A stretch of DNA of 64,000 bases from Candidatus Omnitrophota bacterium (GCA_016208765.1 JACQXK010000085.1:4814-68813), one strand, 5' to 3'; positions 9,149 through 19,457 are shown, counted from the stretch's first letter. A program made the numbers and translations. The notes: generated by a model not told the origin, from the sequence alone.

Positions 9149-10060
9149 ATGAATAAATCCCTTCCTCAAGAATCCTGCCCCAAGAATAAAATTATTTCAA
9201 TAAAAGCTTACGCTAAAGTTAATCTGTTTTTAGCGGTATTGAATAAACGTAAAGATAATTTCCATAATCTAAACACGCTCTTTGGGCGCATTGACCTTGC
9301 AGACAGGATTATTTTAAGATCGCTGCCTGCTAATGAAATCAAGGTTGTTTGCGCGCATGGTTCTGTGCCGGAGGATGAATCAAATCTTTGTTTTAAGGCA
9401 GCCAAGCTTTTGCAGCAGAGATGTAAGTGCAATTGCGGCGTTGAGATAAAGATTGATAAACGCATCCCTGTCGGCGCTGGTTTAGGAGGGGGCTCAAGTG
9501 ATGCTGCAGCAACCCTTATTGGCCTAAATAAGCTTTGGAGGTTAAACCTTAACCAAAAGAAATTAGCAAATTTGGCCAAGAAAATCGGCTCTGATGTGGC
9601 TTTTTTTATGTACGGCCTCTCTTTTGCCCAAGGCCTCTCCAGAGGAGAAAAAATCCGCAAGCTCCCTCAACTTGTTAAATTGCGCCTTTGGTTTATTCTG
9701 GTTGTGCCTGAAATACACGTTTCTACGCCTTTAATTTATCGTAAATTTGATGAACTTCTTGGGTTGACAAAGCCAGTTTGTAATGTTAAAATATTAAATT
9801 CAGCGTTAAGAAAAGACGGGCCTTTTGCTGTCAAAAGCCTTTTGTTTAATAGCCTGGAAGCGGTGACCACCCGGATCTATCCAGAAGTTAAACTTGTGAA
9901 AAAAATGCTCTCTGATTTGGGCTTGGAATCTATTCTTATGTCCGGAAGCGGTCCGGCGGTGTTTGGTTTGGTTTCTTCAAGAAAGGAGGCCGTAACCTTA
10001 GGCGAAAAGCTTAGGGGGCAGAAAATGCCGTGGCAGATTTTTGTCACGCGGACAATTTAA
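9149..10060 (+). CDS. ispE: 4-diphosphocytidyl-2-C-methyl-D-erythritol kinase
   Basis: KAYAKVNLFL ... PVGAGLGGGSSDAAA GHMP-kinase motifs. Confidence 0.8.
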   Translation: MNKSLPQESCPKNKIISIKAYAKVNLFLAVLNKRKDNFHNLNTLFGRIDLADRIILRSLPANEIKVVCAHGSVPEDESNLCFKAAKLLQQRCKCNCGVEIKIDKRIPVGAGLGGGSSDAAATLIGLNKLWRLNLNQKKLANLAKKIGSDVAFFMYGLSFAQGLSRGEKIRKLPQLVKLRLWFILVVPEIHVSTPLIYRKFDELLGLTKPVCNVKILNSALRKDGPFAVKSLLFNSLEAVTTRIYPEVKLVKKMLSDLGLESILMSGSGPAVFGLVSSRKEAVTLGEKLRGQKMPWQIFVTRTI

Positions 10061-10128
10061 CCCGGATCAATTTGTGTTTTTAATGAAAGAACGGGTTTAA
10101 CGCTGATGCATTTTAAGGAGGTAGCAAC

Positions 10129-10539
10129 ATGGAGATAACCGAGGTTAGGGTGGTCCTGAAAGATTCTCCTGATAAGAAATTAAAGGCATACGCTACTGTA
10201 ACTTTTGAAAACGCTTTTGTGGTAAGGAACATTAAAGTAATTGAGGGCGCAACCGGGTTGTTTATAGCAATGCCGTCAAGGAAAATAAAACAAGGTTGCC
10301 CTAAATGTAATTTTAAGAATGAATTGCGCAGTAGATATTGCAATCAATGCGGTTCGCAGCTTCCGGTGAACATACGCGCGCCTTCTGCTGAACCAAGCGG
10401 CGCAACTCAGTTAGAGCATAAAGATATTGCCCATCCGATAACGCAGTCTTTCAGGGAATATCTGCAAAAAAGGGTATTAGACGCATACGAAGAAGAGAAG
10501 AAAAAGGGTGTTTCTTCCGGTTCTTCATTTGATGAATAA
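10129..10539 (+). CDS. spoVG: SpoVG-family protein carrying a zinc-ribbon insertion of about 45 aa (CPKC...CNQC)
   Basis: MEITEVRVVLKDSPDKKLKAYATVTFENAFVVRNIKVIEGATGLFIAMPSRK ... DIAHPI SpoVG core with CxxC-x13-CxxC inserted in the loop that is short in canonical SpoVG. Confidence 0.75.
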   Translation: MEITEVRVVLKDSPDKKLKAYATVTFENAFVVRNIKVIEGATGLFIAMPSRKIKQGCPKCNFKNELRSRYCNQCGSQLPVNIRAPSAEPSGATQLEHKDIAHPITQSFREYLQKRVLDAYEEEKKKGVSSGSSFDE

Positions 10540-10554
10540 GTGAAATAAATATAC

Positions 10555-10628
10555 TGGGATGTCGTCCAATGGTAGGACACGAGAATTTGGGTCTCGCTAT
10601 TATGGTTCGAATCCATACGTCCCAACCA
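10555..10628 (+). tRNA. tRNA-Gln (anticodon UUG), CCA encoded
   Basis: Hand-folded cloverleaf: U1:A72 acceptor, 4-bp D stem gtcc/ggac, anticodon stem cgaga/tctcg with loop aTTTGgg (34-36 TTG), T arm tatgg-ttcgaat-ccata, 3' CCA. Confidence 0.85.
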
Positions 10629-10638
10629 ATAAAATCTT

Positions 10639-11898
10639 ATGAAAAATAATCTTGCTTGTATTATTCTGGCTGCTGGTAAGGGAGAGAGGATGAAATCTGA
10701 AACTCCCAAGGTATTGCATCGGGTTTGCGGCAGGCCGATGATTAATTATGTTTTAGACCTTTCAAAAGAACTTAAAATAAAAAGCAGCGTGGTAGTGCTG
10801 GGGCACAAGGCCGAGGAAGTAAAAAAAGTAATCCCCGAAGGTTTTAAAATTGCCATCCAGAAAAAATTAGCAGGCACTGCTGATGCGGTTAAAGAGGCTT
10901 TGCCCAAGTTAACAGGTTTTTCCGGTAGCATTCTAATTCTTTACGGCGATATACCTCTGCTTAAAAAAGAAACGCTGAAGAATTTATTAGAGCAGCACTC
11001 AAAGAGCGGTGCAGACCTGACTATTTTAACCGCTGTATTGGACAAGCCCTCTGGATATGGCAGGATTCTAAGGGATAAATATACTGCTATCTGCGGTATT
11101 GTAGAAGAAAAAGACGCTGATGACTTTGAGAAGGATATCAAGGAAATTAATACCGGGATTTTTTGTGTTAAAAAAGATAAATTAGAAAAAGCGATCAAGC
11201 TTATCCGTCCGAATAACCGCAAAAATGAATATTATCTTACTGATATTTTGAAGATTATTTATAAAAATGGCGGGGTTATTGAAGGTATGAAGATCCCTGA
11301 TATAGATGAAGCCCTGGGGATCAATTCGCGCGTTGAGCTTGCCAAGGCAACAGGAATAATGCAAAAAAGGATAAATGAAAAATTAATGCAGCAGGGCGTA
11401 ACTATTATTGACTCGGATTCTGCATTTATAAATTTTGGGGTAAAAATCGGCTCAGAGAGTGTGATTTATCCCTTTACAGTTATTGAAAATGGTGTTAAAA
11501 TTGGAAAACGTTGTTCTGTAGGGCCTTTTGCCCATTTGCGCGAAGGCACTGAGTTAAAAGATGAAGTGTTGGCCGGAAATTTCATTGAGTTTGTGCGTTC
11601 TCATATCGGAAGCAAAACTTTCCTGAAGCATTTCTGCTATATCGGAGATACCCGCATCGGCAGTAAAGCCAATATTGGAGCAGGGACGGTCACTGCAAAT
11701 TTTGACGGAACTAATAAAAATCTTACGGTAATCAAGGATTCTGCTTTTGTCGGCTGCGATACTGTTATTGTTGCCCCGGCAAAAATCGGCAAGTCTGCTG
11801 TAACCGGAGCAGGCAGCGTGATTTTAAGGCATCAAAATATAAAAGACGGCCAAACTGTTGCTGGTGTGCCGGCTAAAATTATTAAACGAAAGAGGTAA
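10639..11898 (+). CDS. glmU: Bifunctional GlcNAc-1-P uridyltransferase / GlcN-1-P acetyltransferase
   Basis: LAAGKGERMKS..PKVLH nucleotidyltransferase N-terminus plus C-terminal left-handed beta-helix hexapeptide repeats. Confidence 0.8.
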   Translation: MKNNLACIILAAGKGERMKSETPKVLHRVCGRPMINYVLDLSKELKIKSSVVVLGHKAEEVKKVIPEGFKIAIQKKLAGTADAVKEALPKLTGFSGSILILYGDIPLLKKETLKNLLEQHSKSGADLTILTAVLDKPSGYGRILRDKYTAICGIVEEKDADDFEKDIKEINTGIFCVKKDKLEKAIKLIRPNNRKNEYYLTDILKIIYKNGGVIEGMKIPDIDEALGINSRVELAKATGIMQKRINEKLMQQGVTIIDSDSAFINFGVKIGSESVIYPFTVIENGVKIGKRCSVGPFAHLREGTELKDEVLAGNFIEFVRSHIGSKTFLKHFCYIGDTRIGSKANIGAGTVTANFDGTNKNLTVIKDSAFVGCDTVIVAPAKIGKSAVTGAGSVILRHQNIKDGQTVAGVPAKIIKRKR

Positions 11899-11900
11899 TT

Positions 11901-12839
11901 ATGGATAAATTATCAGTAATTAGCGGCAATGCCCATCCTAAGCTGGCTAAAGAAATCTGCGACTACCTTAAAATTGAGCTTTCCGAAGCCTTGGTTACTC
12001 GTTTTAGCGAGGGAGAGATACGGGTCAAGATTGTGGATAATGTCAGGGGCAAGGATGTATTTGTGATCCAGCCGACCTGCCCTCCGCCGAATGAGAATTT
12101 AATGGAACTCCTGGTTATGCTGGATGCTTTAAGAAGGGCCTCTGCGGCGAGGATTACCGCGGTGATGCCTTATTTTGGATATGCCCGGCAGGATAGAAAA
12201 GACCAGCCTCGCGTTCCGATTACCGCAAAACTTGTGGCCAATCTTTTAACGGTCGCCGGAGCAAATCGTATCCTGACCATGGATCTGCATGCCGGGCAAA
12301 TCCAGGGATTTTTTGATATACCCGTGGATCATCTTTTTGCAGTAGGTGTTTTTATTGAATTTATAGAAAAATTAAAATTAAAAAATCCGGTTGCGGTTTC
12401 TCCGGATGTGGGAAGCATTAAAATGGCCCGCGCATACGCAAAAAGGCTTTCCGCCGGGCTTGCCATTATTGATAAAAGGCGCATTTCTCCGGACAAAGCC
12501 GAGGCCATGCACATACTCGGCGAGGTCAAGGATAAGGATGCGATTATTGTTGATGACTTGATTGCAACCGGAAGTTCGTTGGTAGAAGCAGTTGAGGCTC
12601 TAAAAAGAGCAGGGGCAAGGAGTATCCGCGCTGCAATTACCCACGGAGTTTTATCCGGCCCTGCAATAGAGCGTATTGAACAGTGCAAGGAACTGCAGGC
12701 ATTGTTAATCAGCGACAGTATTCCGTTGGAAGATCATAAGAAACACCCGCGGATTGAGGTTTTGCCTTTAGCCGGGCTTTTTGGCGAGGCGATTAAACGG
12801 ATTCATAACGAAGAGTCAATCAGTTGTTTATTTGATTAA
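11901..12839 (+). CDS. prs: Ribose-phosphate pyrophosphokinase
   Basis: Classic PRPP synthetase sequence (PYFGYARQDRK, DLHAGQIQGFF, VDDLIATGSS). Confidence 0.9.
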   Translation: MDKLSVISGNAHPKLAKEICDYLKIELSEALVTRFSEGEIRVKIVDNVRGKDVFVIQPTCPPPNENLMELLVMLDALRRASAARITAVMPYFGYARQDRKDQPRVPITAKLVANLLTVAGANRILTMDLHAGQIQGFFDIPVDHLFAVGVFIEFIEKLKLKNPVAVSPDVGSIKMARAYAKRLSAGLAIIDKRRISPDKAEAMHILGEVKDKDAIIVDDLIATGSSLVEAVEALKRAGARSIRAAITHGVLSGPAIERIEQCKELQALLISDSIPLEDHKKHPRIEVLPLAGLFGEAIKRIHNEESISCLFD

Positions 12840-12874
12840 TCAAACTAAAAAAAGAGAACGGAGCGTGAAGCAAA

Positions 12875-13564
12875 ATGGAAGAGATATTACTTGATGCAGA
12901 ACAAAGACAGGAAATAGGAAAAGGCAAGGTTAAACATCTCAGGGATGCAGGTTTTCTTCCTGCAGTTGTTTATTTTGGCGGTAAGAATTCGCTTGCTTTA
13001 AAGATCTCCCGCAGCCAATTGATAAAGTTGGTTCATCAGTACCACATTGAAACTGCGGTTATTAACCTGAAGGTAAAAGACGATACAACAAAGAAATCCC
13101 GTCCATGCCTGATCAAGGAAATTCAGTATGATCCGGTGAGGGGCGATATTGTGCATGTGGATTTTAACGAGATTTCTTTGACCAAGGCAATTAAGGTCAA
13201 TGTCCCTGTGGTGGCAAAAGGGGATTCAATAGGCGTTAAACAGGAGGGTGGTTCTCTTGAACATATTCTTTGGGAGGTTGAAGTTGAGTGTTTGCCGACA
13301 AGCATTCCTAAAGAGATTGAGATTGACATTACGCAGTTAAAACTTGGCGATTCAATTCATGTTAAAGATATAGTTGCTCCTTCCGGAGTTAAAATTTTAA
13401 CTGAACCTGAAGGGATCGTCCTGACTATAGCTGCTCCGATGAAGGAAGAAGTTGCAGCGCCGGTTGAAGGAGAAGAGGTAAAAGAGCCGGAAGTAATTAA
13501 GGAAAAGAAAGAAGTCCCTGCTGCTGAGGGTGCAGAAGAAGGCAAAGAAAAAGAAAAGAAATAG
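12875..13564 (+). CDS. rplY: 50S ribosomal protein bL25 / general stress protein Ctc with acidic/lysine-rich tail
   Basis: RxxxGKGxxxxLRxxGxxPAVVY N-terminus typical of L25/Ctc. Confidence 0.8.
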   Translation: MEEILLDAEQRQEIGKGKVKHLRDAGFLPAVVYFGGKNSLALKISRSQLIKLVHQYHIETAVINLKVKDDTTKKSRPCLIKEIQYDPVRGDIVHVDFNEISLTKAIKVNVPVVAKGDSIGVKQEGGSLEHILWEVEVECLPTSIPKEIEIDITQLKLGDSIHVKDIVAPSGVKILTEPEGIVLTIAAPMKEEVAAPVEGEEVKEPEVIKEKKEVPAAEGAEEGKEKEKK

Positions 13565-13568
13565 TGTA

Positions 13569-14150
13569 ATGAAGCTAATTATAGGCCTTGGTAACCCCGG
13601 AGATATTTATCAGGATTCAAGGCACAATATCGGTTTTTCAATCATAAGAAGTTTGTGTAAAGATTGCAAAGTCTCTTTGAAAAAAGAAAGTGGCATAAAT
13701 GCGGTATCGGCAAAAATAAAACTTGCCAATGATTTATGCGTGCTCGCCCTGCCGCTTACCTATATGAATCTCTCGGGCAACGCCGTAAAAGGGCTTTTAA
13801 AGAGGCATGAGATAGAAACGAATGATCTTCTGGTGGTTTGCGACGATTTGGATTTGGAGCTGGGCAGGCTAAAAATAAAACCTTCCGGTTCTTCAGGCGG
13901 CCACCGGGGAGTTGAGTCTGTTATAAAAAGCATAGATACACAACAATTCTCAAGGCTTCGCATCGGGATTGGAAGGCCGAAGGCAGGGGCTGAAGTTTCC
14001 GAGTATGTCCTTAAGCAATTTAGCCGCAAAGAAAAAGCGACCGTGCATGAAGCGATTGAGCAAGCAAAGGAATGTATTTTAATTTGGATAGAAAAAGGCG
14101 CAACCGAGGCAATGAACCGGTTCAACAAGAGGAGCGAAGAAAATGAATAA
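13569..14150 (+). CDS. pth: Peptidyl-tRNA hydrolase
   Basis: MKLIIGLGNPG...HNIGF motif; start taken at internal Met after rplY stop. Confidence 0.85.
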   Translation: MKLIIGLGNPGDIYQDSRHNIGFSIIRSLCKDCKVSLKKESGINAVSAKIKLANDLCVLALPLTYMNLSGNAVKGLLKRHEIETNDLLVVCDDLDLELGRLKIKPSGSSGGHRGVESVIKSIDTQQFSRLRIGIGRPKAGAEVSEYVLKQFSRKEKATVHEAIEQAKECILIWIEKGATEAMNRFNKRSEENE

Positions 14151-14430
14151 ATACGAAGCAATGTTTATTATCAAACCTGATCTTTCTGAAGAGGAAAGAA
14201 AAACGTTATTCAGCCAGATCAGCGATGCTGTAATAAAACATAACGGGACAGTGGAACAGGCAGCTGTTTGGGGGGAAAGGAGAAAATTATTTTTTCCTTT
14301 AAAGAAACAGCATGAGGGGCTTTATTATCTTATGAATTTTACCTCGCCGCCTTTGGCAGTAAAAGATATTCGTCACGCCTACAGGCTTAACGAATTTATC
14401 TTGCGGGTTTTGATTACAAATCAGCAATAA
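14143..14430 (+). CDS. rpsF: 30S ribosomal protein bS6
   Basis: YEAMFIIKPDLSEEE N-terminus; conserved rpsF-ssb-rpsR-rplI order. Confidence 0.85.
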   Translation: MNKYEAMFIIKPDLSEEERKTLFSQISDAVIKHNGTVEQAAVWGERRKLFFPLKKQHEGLYYLMNFTSPPLAVKDIRHAYRLNEFILRVLITNQQ

Positions 14431-14441
14431 GGGGGTAATTT

Positions 14442-14903
14442 ATGGCAAGTTTAAACAAAGTCTTATTGATGGGTAACCTTACCAAGGACCCGGAATTGCG
14501 TTATACTCCGCAAGGCACAGCCGTGGCGAATTTACGCATGGCGGTAAACCGTAAGTATAGAGATAAAAACCAGGAATTAAAAGAAGAAGTGTGTTTTATA
14601 ACTGCTGTGGTCTGGAATAAACAGGCAGAAACCTGCAATCAGTATTTACATAAAGGAAGCAGTGTTTTTGTTGAAGGCAGGCTGCAGTTTCGTTCATGGG
14701 AAGATACCGCCGGGCAGAAACGCAGCGTAATTGAAGTCAGGGCTGAACGCGTGCAGTTTATGGGCACACCAGGCCCGGGAGCAGGCGCCAGGGCCCAGGC
14801 GCAGGTACAAGCGCAACAGCCGGCAAATGAATTATCACAGGATACTACCACTACGGAATCAGCATGGTTACAAGAAAGCGAGGAAGAAATAAATGAAGGC
14901 TAA
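14442..14903 (+). CDS. ssb: Single-stranded DNA-binding protein
   Basis: LNKVLLMGNLTKDPELRYTPQGTAVANLRMAVNRKY OB-fold; acidic C-terminal tail. Confidence 0.85.
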   Translation: MASLNKVLLMGNLTKDPELRYTPQGTAVANLRMAVNRKYRDKNQELKEEVCFITAVVWNKQAETCNQYLHKGSSVFVEGRLQFRSWEDTAGQKRSVIEVRAERVQFMGTPGPGAGARAQAQVQAQQPANELSQDTTTTESAWLQESEEEINEG

Positions 14904-15174
14904 GACTAAAACAAAGACATTCGGAAAATCAAAGTTTCCTCCAAGAAAGAAGAGAGAAAGCTTATTGGGGGCACGAAAGAAATTCTGCCGTTTTTGCGTG
15001 GATAAAGTTAAAACTTTGGATTACAAGGACACCAAAAGGTTAGAATATTTTATTAATGACAGGGGTAAGATGACATCCAGCCGTTTGTCGGGAAATTGCT
15101 CCAAGCATCAGAGAGTGCTTTCCGAGGCAATTAAAAAGGCAAGATTTGTGTCGCTTCTTCCCTACACGCGCTAA
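14893..15174 (+). CDS. rpsR: 30S ribosomal protein bS18
   Basis: CRFC...DYKD..LL..FI...GKI motif. Confidence 0.85.
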   Translation: MKAKTKTKTFGKSKFPPRKKRESLLGARKKFCRFCVDKVKTLDYKDTKRLEYFINDRGKMTSSRLSGNCSKHQRVLSEAIKKARFVSLLPYTR

Positions 15175-15188
15175 AAAAGGAATTTACT

Positions 15189-15635
15189 ATGATGGAAGTA
15201 ATTTTAAACCAGGATATTGATAAGATAGGCAAGGCCGGTTCGGTTGTAAAGGTGAAGGATGGTTATGGCCGTAATTTTCTCATCCCAAATCGTTTGGCAA
15301 TGCCGGTAACTCCCGGTAATTTGAAAAAGCTTGAACAGGAAAAACAAAAAAAGGCTTTAATGCTTGAGAGTTTAAAGAAAGACGCCGAGGCGTTAAAAAC
15401 AAAACTTTCAGCGGTTTCTCTTACTTTGTCAAGCTTGGCAAAAGAAGACGAAAAACTTTTTGGAAGCATCAGCGCACATGATATTGCCCTTGCTTTAAAA
15501 GAAGAGGGCATTGAGATTGATAAAAGCCTGATCGCCTTAAGTGAGCCGATAAAGGCTTTAGGGATTTATGAAGTCCCTGTTAATTTGCACCCCGAGGTTA
15601 TCGCGAAACTAAAAGTCTGGGTAGTGAAAAAATAA
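15189..15635 (+). CDS. rplI: 50S ribosomal protein bL9
   Basis: MEVILNQDIDKIGKAGSVVKVKDGYGRNFLIP typical L9 N-domain. Confidence 0.85.
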   Translation: MMEVILNQDIDKIGKAGSVVKVKDGYGRNFLIPNRLAMPVTPGNLKKLEQEKQKKALMLESLKKDAEALKTKLSAVSLTLSSLAKEDEKLFGSISAHDIALALKEEGIEIDKSLIALSEPIKALGIYEVPVNLHPEVIAKLKVWVVKK

Positions 15636-15638
15636 ACC

Positions 15639-16973
15639 ATGGCTAATGAACTCTTAGAAAAAGTCCCTCCGCAGAATCTGGAAGCAGAAATGGCGGTGTT
15701 GGGGTCTATGCTCTTGGATGATGAAGCTATTTCTGTGGCCCTGGAGCATTTGGATAAGAATTCATTTTATAAAGACTCCCACAAGAAGATCTTTGAAACC
15801 ACCCTTGAATTATTCAACAACAATAAGGCCGTTGACTTAATTACGCTTACCGAGGCGTTGAAAAAAAGCGCTATCCTTGACGAGGTCGGAGGCGCAGGTT
15901 ACCTTGCTTCTTTGGTAAATGTGGTTCCTACCGCAGCCAATATCAATCATTACGTAAAAATTGTCAAAGAAAAAAGCATTTTAAGGTCGTTGATCAATAA
16001 CGCCACGCGCATTGTTTCTCTTTGCTATGATAGCGAGGGGAATATTGATGAGGTTGTGGATTCGGCTGAGAAATTTATTTTTGAAGTTAGCGACAGAAGA
16101 ACTCAGGGGACGTATTTTTCCTTAAAGGACATTATTAAGGATAGCATTGAGACAATTGACAAACTTTATCAGAAGAAGGCGCATGTTACAGGCATTCCTA
16201 CCGGCTACATTGATTTTGACATTAAGACCGCAGGGCTGCAACCTTCAGATTTAATTATTGTTGCCGGAAGGCCGTCAATGGGAAAGAGCGCTTTGGCTCT
16301 TGGCATTGCCGAATATGCAGGGGTGATAGAAAAGATACCGGTTGCGCTTTTTAGCCTTGAAATGTCAAAAGAGCAGTTGTGCCAGAGGCTTCTTTGTTCA
16401 CATGCCCGTGTTGACGCGCATAAAGTAAGGACCGGATATCTGGCAACTTCCGACTGGCCGCGCCTGACTGCGGCAGCAGGAAAGCTTTCTGAAGCGCCGA
16501 TTTTTATTGATGATACTCCGGGGATCTCAGTAATGGAATTACGCGCAAAGGCGCGCAGGCTCAAGGCGCATCAGGACATAAAATTAATTATCCTGGATTA
16601 TTTGCAATTGATGCGCGGTTCAAATAATATTGAAAGCCGCCAGCAGGAAATTTCCGAGATTTCGCGTTCCTTAAAGGCGCTGGCAAGAGAGTTGAATGTG
16701 CCGGTTATTGCCATAAGCCAGTTGTCTCGCGCAGTTGAATCGCGTAACGACCACAGGCCTCAGCTTTCTGATTTGAGAGAATCCGGAGCTATTGAACAGG
16801 ACGCCGATGTGGTGGTATTAATCTTGCGTGAAGAATATTATATGCCTACTCCTGATAATCAGGGGATTGCCGAGGCAATTATCGCCAAACAACGCAACGG
16901 CCCGGTTGGCTCGGTAAAATTGTCATTTATTAAAGAATATACCCGTTTTGAGAATATCGCAAAAATAGAATAA
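15639..16973 (+). CDS. dnaB: Replicative DNA helicase DnaB
   Basis: PPQNLEAEMAVLGSML N-terminus; Walker A GRPSMGKSA; about 444 aa. Confidence 0.9.
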   Translation: MANELLEKVPPQNLEAEMAVLGSMLLDDEAISVALEHLDKNSFYKDSHKKIFETTLELFNNNKAVDLITLTEALKKSAILDEVGGAGYLASLVNVVPTAANINHYVKIVKEKSILRSLINNATRIVSLCYDSEGNIDEVVDSAEKFIFEVSDRRTQGTYFSLKDIIKDSIETIDKLYQKKAHVTGIPTGYIDFDIKTAGLQPSDLIIVAGRPSMGKSALALGIAEYAGVIEKIPVALFSLEMSKEQLCQRLLCSHARVDAHKVRTGYLATSDWPRLTAAAGKLSEAPIFIDDTPGISVMELRAKARRLKAHQDIKLIILDYLQLMRGSNNIESRQQEISEISRSLKALARELNVPVIAISQLSRAVESRNDHRPQLSDLRESGAIEQDADVVVLILREEYYMPTPDNQGIAEAIIAKQRNGPVGSVKLSFIKEYTRFENIAKIE

Positions 16974-17026
16974 GTATTAGTAAAAAAATATTGATTTCCT
17001 TCAGGCCTTCTTATATAATACCAATA

Positions 17027-19381
17027 ATGCGATACCTAAAAGTTTTCTTTTTTGCATTTTCATTAATACTTACCGCTAACCTTTTTGCTTTTGCCCAGGA
17101 TAGCTCGCAAAGCCTTCCATTACAAGAAGCTTCTGCTGCGGATCTTCCCGCAAAAACAGTTACCGCTATTGAAATAATAGGTAACAAATCCACCAGCACC
17201 AATATAATCCTTTCTAAAATGAAGACTCACATTGGAAGCCCTTATCAGGAAAATGTGATTAGCGATGACCTGAAGCGTTTATTTTTGCTGGGGTTTTTTA
17301 GCGACATAAAGATTGATACCCAGGATTATAAGGATGGAGTAAAAGTCATTGTGCGCGTTACAGAAAGGCCGATTATTGAAACAATAAATTTTGCCGGTAT
17401 TACTCGCATTCGCATGAAGGATGAAAAATTAAAAGAGGAGTTGAAGTCTAAAGAAAAACAATATCTTGATTATCCCAGCCTTGCCGAGGATGTGCAAAAA
17501 CTAAGAAAGATGTATGAGAAAATCGGTTTTTCTCAGGTGCAGATTAATTATCAGGTGGATGTGGACAAGCAGACCAATAAAGCTAAAGTTCAATTTAATG
17601 TAGTTGAGGGGCAGAAGATCAGGATTAAACATATTGATTTTGAAGGCAACTCCGCATTTAGCGATAAGAAACTTTTGAGATTAATTAAAACCCGCTGGGC
17701 ATGGTTGTTCAACGCGGGCGTGCTTAAAGATGAGGTTTTAAAAGAAGATGTTGAGCGTGTTAAGTCGTTTTATCGCAGGCAAGGATATGCTGATGTAGCG
17801 GTTGATTCCGAGGTTAAACAGGATCCCAAAAAGCCGTATTTGCTGTATGTGATTATTCGTATTCAGGAAGGGAAGAAGTATTTAGTGGGTAATGTTTCTA
17901 TTCAGGGGAACAAGGAAATTCCTGAAAAGCTGATTATTAGCAAGCTTAGCGAAGCTATACCCGGCAAGGTTTACAGTGAAGATGCAATGAAATTTGATGT
18001 GGCAGGTATTCAGAGTTTATATTTTGACCGTGGCTATATTTCCTGCCAGGTGCAGGAAGCAACTTCTTTGAATTCATCAAGCGGCAGGGTTGATATTACC
18101 TATACAATTGCTGAAAATGAAATTGCTTATGTGGACAAAATAAAAATCCGCGGCAACATTAAAACAAAAGATATTGTTATCCGCCGGGAATTAAGGATCG
18201 CTCCCGGAGACAAATTTGACGGGGATAAGCTGCGCCGTAGCAAAGAGAGGCTGGCTAATTTAGGGTTTTTTGACGAGATCAGCTATGATACTGAGGATAC
18301 AAAAGAGCCGGACAAAAAAGACCTGATCGTTGATGTTAAAGAATCTAAGACAGGCGCCTTTAGCTTCGGCGGCGGATATAGCACAGTGGATCAATTTGTC
18401 GGGTTTGTGGAAATTGAACAAAAGAATTTTGACTGGCGCAATTGGCCTTATTTTACCGGAGGAGGGCAGGATATTAAGCTGCGCGCTTCTTTTGGCAGCA
18501 TTACCCAGTATTTTGATTTAAGTTTTACTAACCCGTGGATCTTTGATTATCCGGTTTCTTTTGGTTTTGACACATATAAGCGTGAACATAAAAGAGATAC
18601 CGATGTTGGTTATGGATATGACGAGAGCGTCTTGGGTGGAGATTTGCGCCTGGGCTACCAGCTAACCGATTTTATAAATACAGATTTAACTTATCGCTGC
18701 GATCAGATTAAAATTTCTAATATTTCATCAGATGCTACTATTGATTTACAGCAGGAACAAGGGAAGAATACAATAAGCAGTGTTACGCCAGCAGCAAGCT
18801 ATGATACAAGAGATAATGTTTTTGATCCTCATAAAGGAGATTTGCTTACGGGCTCAGTTGAGTTTGCCGGCGGCCCTTTAAGCGGGAATAAAGATTATTG
18901 GAAATTTTATGGTTCTGCATCACACTATATCCCATTACCATGGAATTCTGTTTTTGAAATAAAAGGCCGGGCAGGGGTCGGAGCTCCTTATGATGATACC
19001 GCGCGCATACCTATCTATGAAAGATTCTTCGCCGGCGGCGCCTACACTATCAGAGGTTATGAGGAAAGAAAAGTCGGCCCAATTGACCCTGTTTCAAGGG
19101 ACCCCCTGGGTGGCGACGCTATGCTTATCGGTAATCTTGAATACACGTATCCTTTGTTCAGTTTCTTAAAATTGGCGGCATTTTACGATGTTGGTAATGT
19201 TTGGGAGAGTAAAAAAGATTTCGGGAAAAACGGTTACAAATCGGGTATTGGTTTTGGTGTCAGGATCAAGACGCCTCTTGGCCCGATAAGGCTTGATTAT
19301 GGTTTCCCGATGAACAAAGAGCCGGGAGATGATGAAATAAAAGGCGGCCGTCTGCACTTTAGCGCAAGCCACGGTTTCTAA
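17027..19381 (+). CDS. bamA: Outer membrane protein assembly factor BamA (POTRA repeats plus C-terminal beta-barrel)
   Basis: Signal peptide, repeated POTRA-like segments, C-terminal aromatic-rich barrel ending ...HFSASHGF; followed by skp-lpxD as in many diderms. Confidence 0.8.
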   Translation: MRYLKVFFFAFSLILTANLFAFAQDSSQSLPLQEASAADLPAKTVTAIEIIGNKSTSTNIILSKMKTHIGSPYQENVISDDLKRLFLLGFFSDIKIDTQDYKDGVKVIVRVTERPIIETINFAGITRIRMKDEKLKEELKSKEKQYLDYPSLAEDVQKLRKMYEKIGFSQVQINYQVDVDKQTNKAKVQFNVVEGQKIRIKHIDFEGNSAFSDKKLLRLIKTRWAWLFNAGVLKDEVLKEDVERVKSFYRRQGYADVAVDSEVKQDPKKPYLLYVIIRIQEGKKYLVGNVSIQGNKEIPEKLIISKLSEAIPGKVYSEDAMKFDVAGIQSLYFDRGYISCQVQEATSLNSSSGRVDITYTIAENEIAYVDKIKIRGNIKTKDIVIRRELRIAPGDKFDGDKLRRSKERLANLGFFDEISYDTEDTKEPDKKDLIVDVKESKTGAFSFGGGYSTVDQFVGFVEIEQKNFDWRNWPYFTGGGQDIKLRASFGSITQYFDLSFTNPWIFDYPVSFGFDTYKREHKRDTDVGYGYDESVLGGDLRLGYQLTDFINTDLTYRCDQIKISNISSDATIDLQQEQGKNTISSVTPAASYDTRDNVFDPHKGDLLTGSVEFAGGPLSGNKDYWKFYGSASHYIPLPWNSVFEIKGRAGVGAPYDDTARIPIYERFFAGGAYTIRGYEERKVGPIDPVSRDPLGGDAMLIGNLEYTYPLFSFLKLAAFYDVGNVWESKKDFGKNGYKSGIGFGVRIKTPLGPIRLDYGFPMNKEPGDDEIKGGRLHFSASHGF

Positions 19382-19457
19382 TCGCGTAGATTTTCGCGAT
19401 AAACCCGCCTCATAGATGGTAAAAATTAGATAATGAACATAAAGGAGGAGTAGCAAA

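Noticed and set aside
5252-10709. Short minus-strand ORFs overlapping hisG, TPR, tkt, ispE and spoVG/glmU (e.g. 5906..6172, 7674..8093, 9208..9660, 10407..10709)
   Set aside because: They are antisense to well-supported conserved genes and low complexity, so they are typical spurious ORFs.
19382-19457. Short hairpin atcgcg-tagatttt-cgcgat after bamA as terminator
   Set aside because: It has a 6-bp stem and no T-run, and skp follows with its own SD, so it is probably read through.
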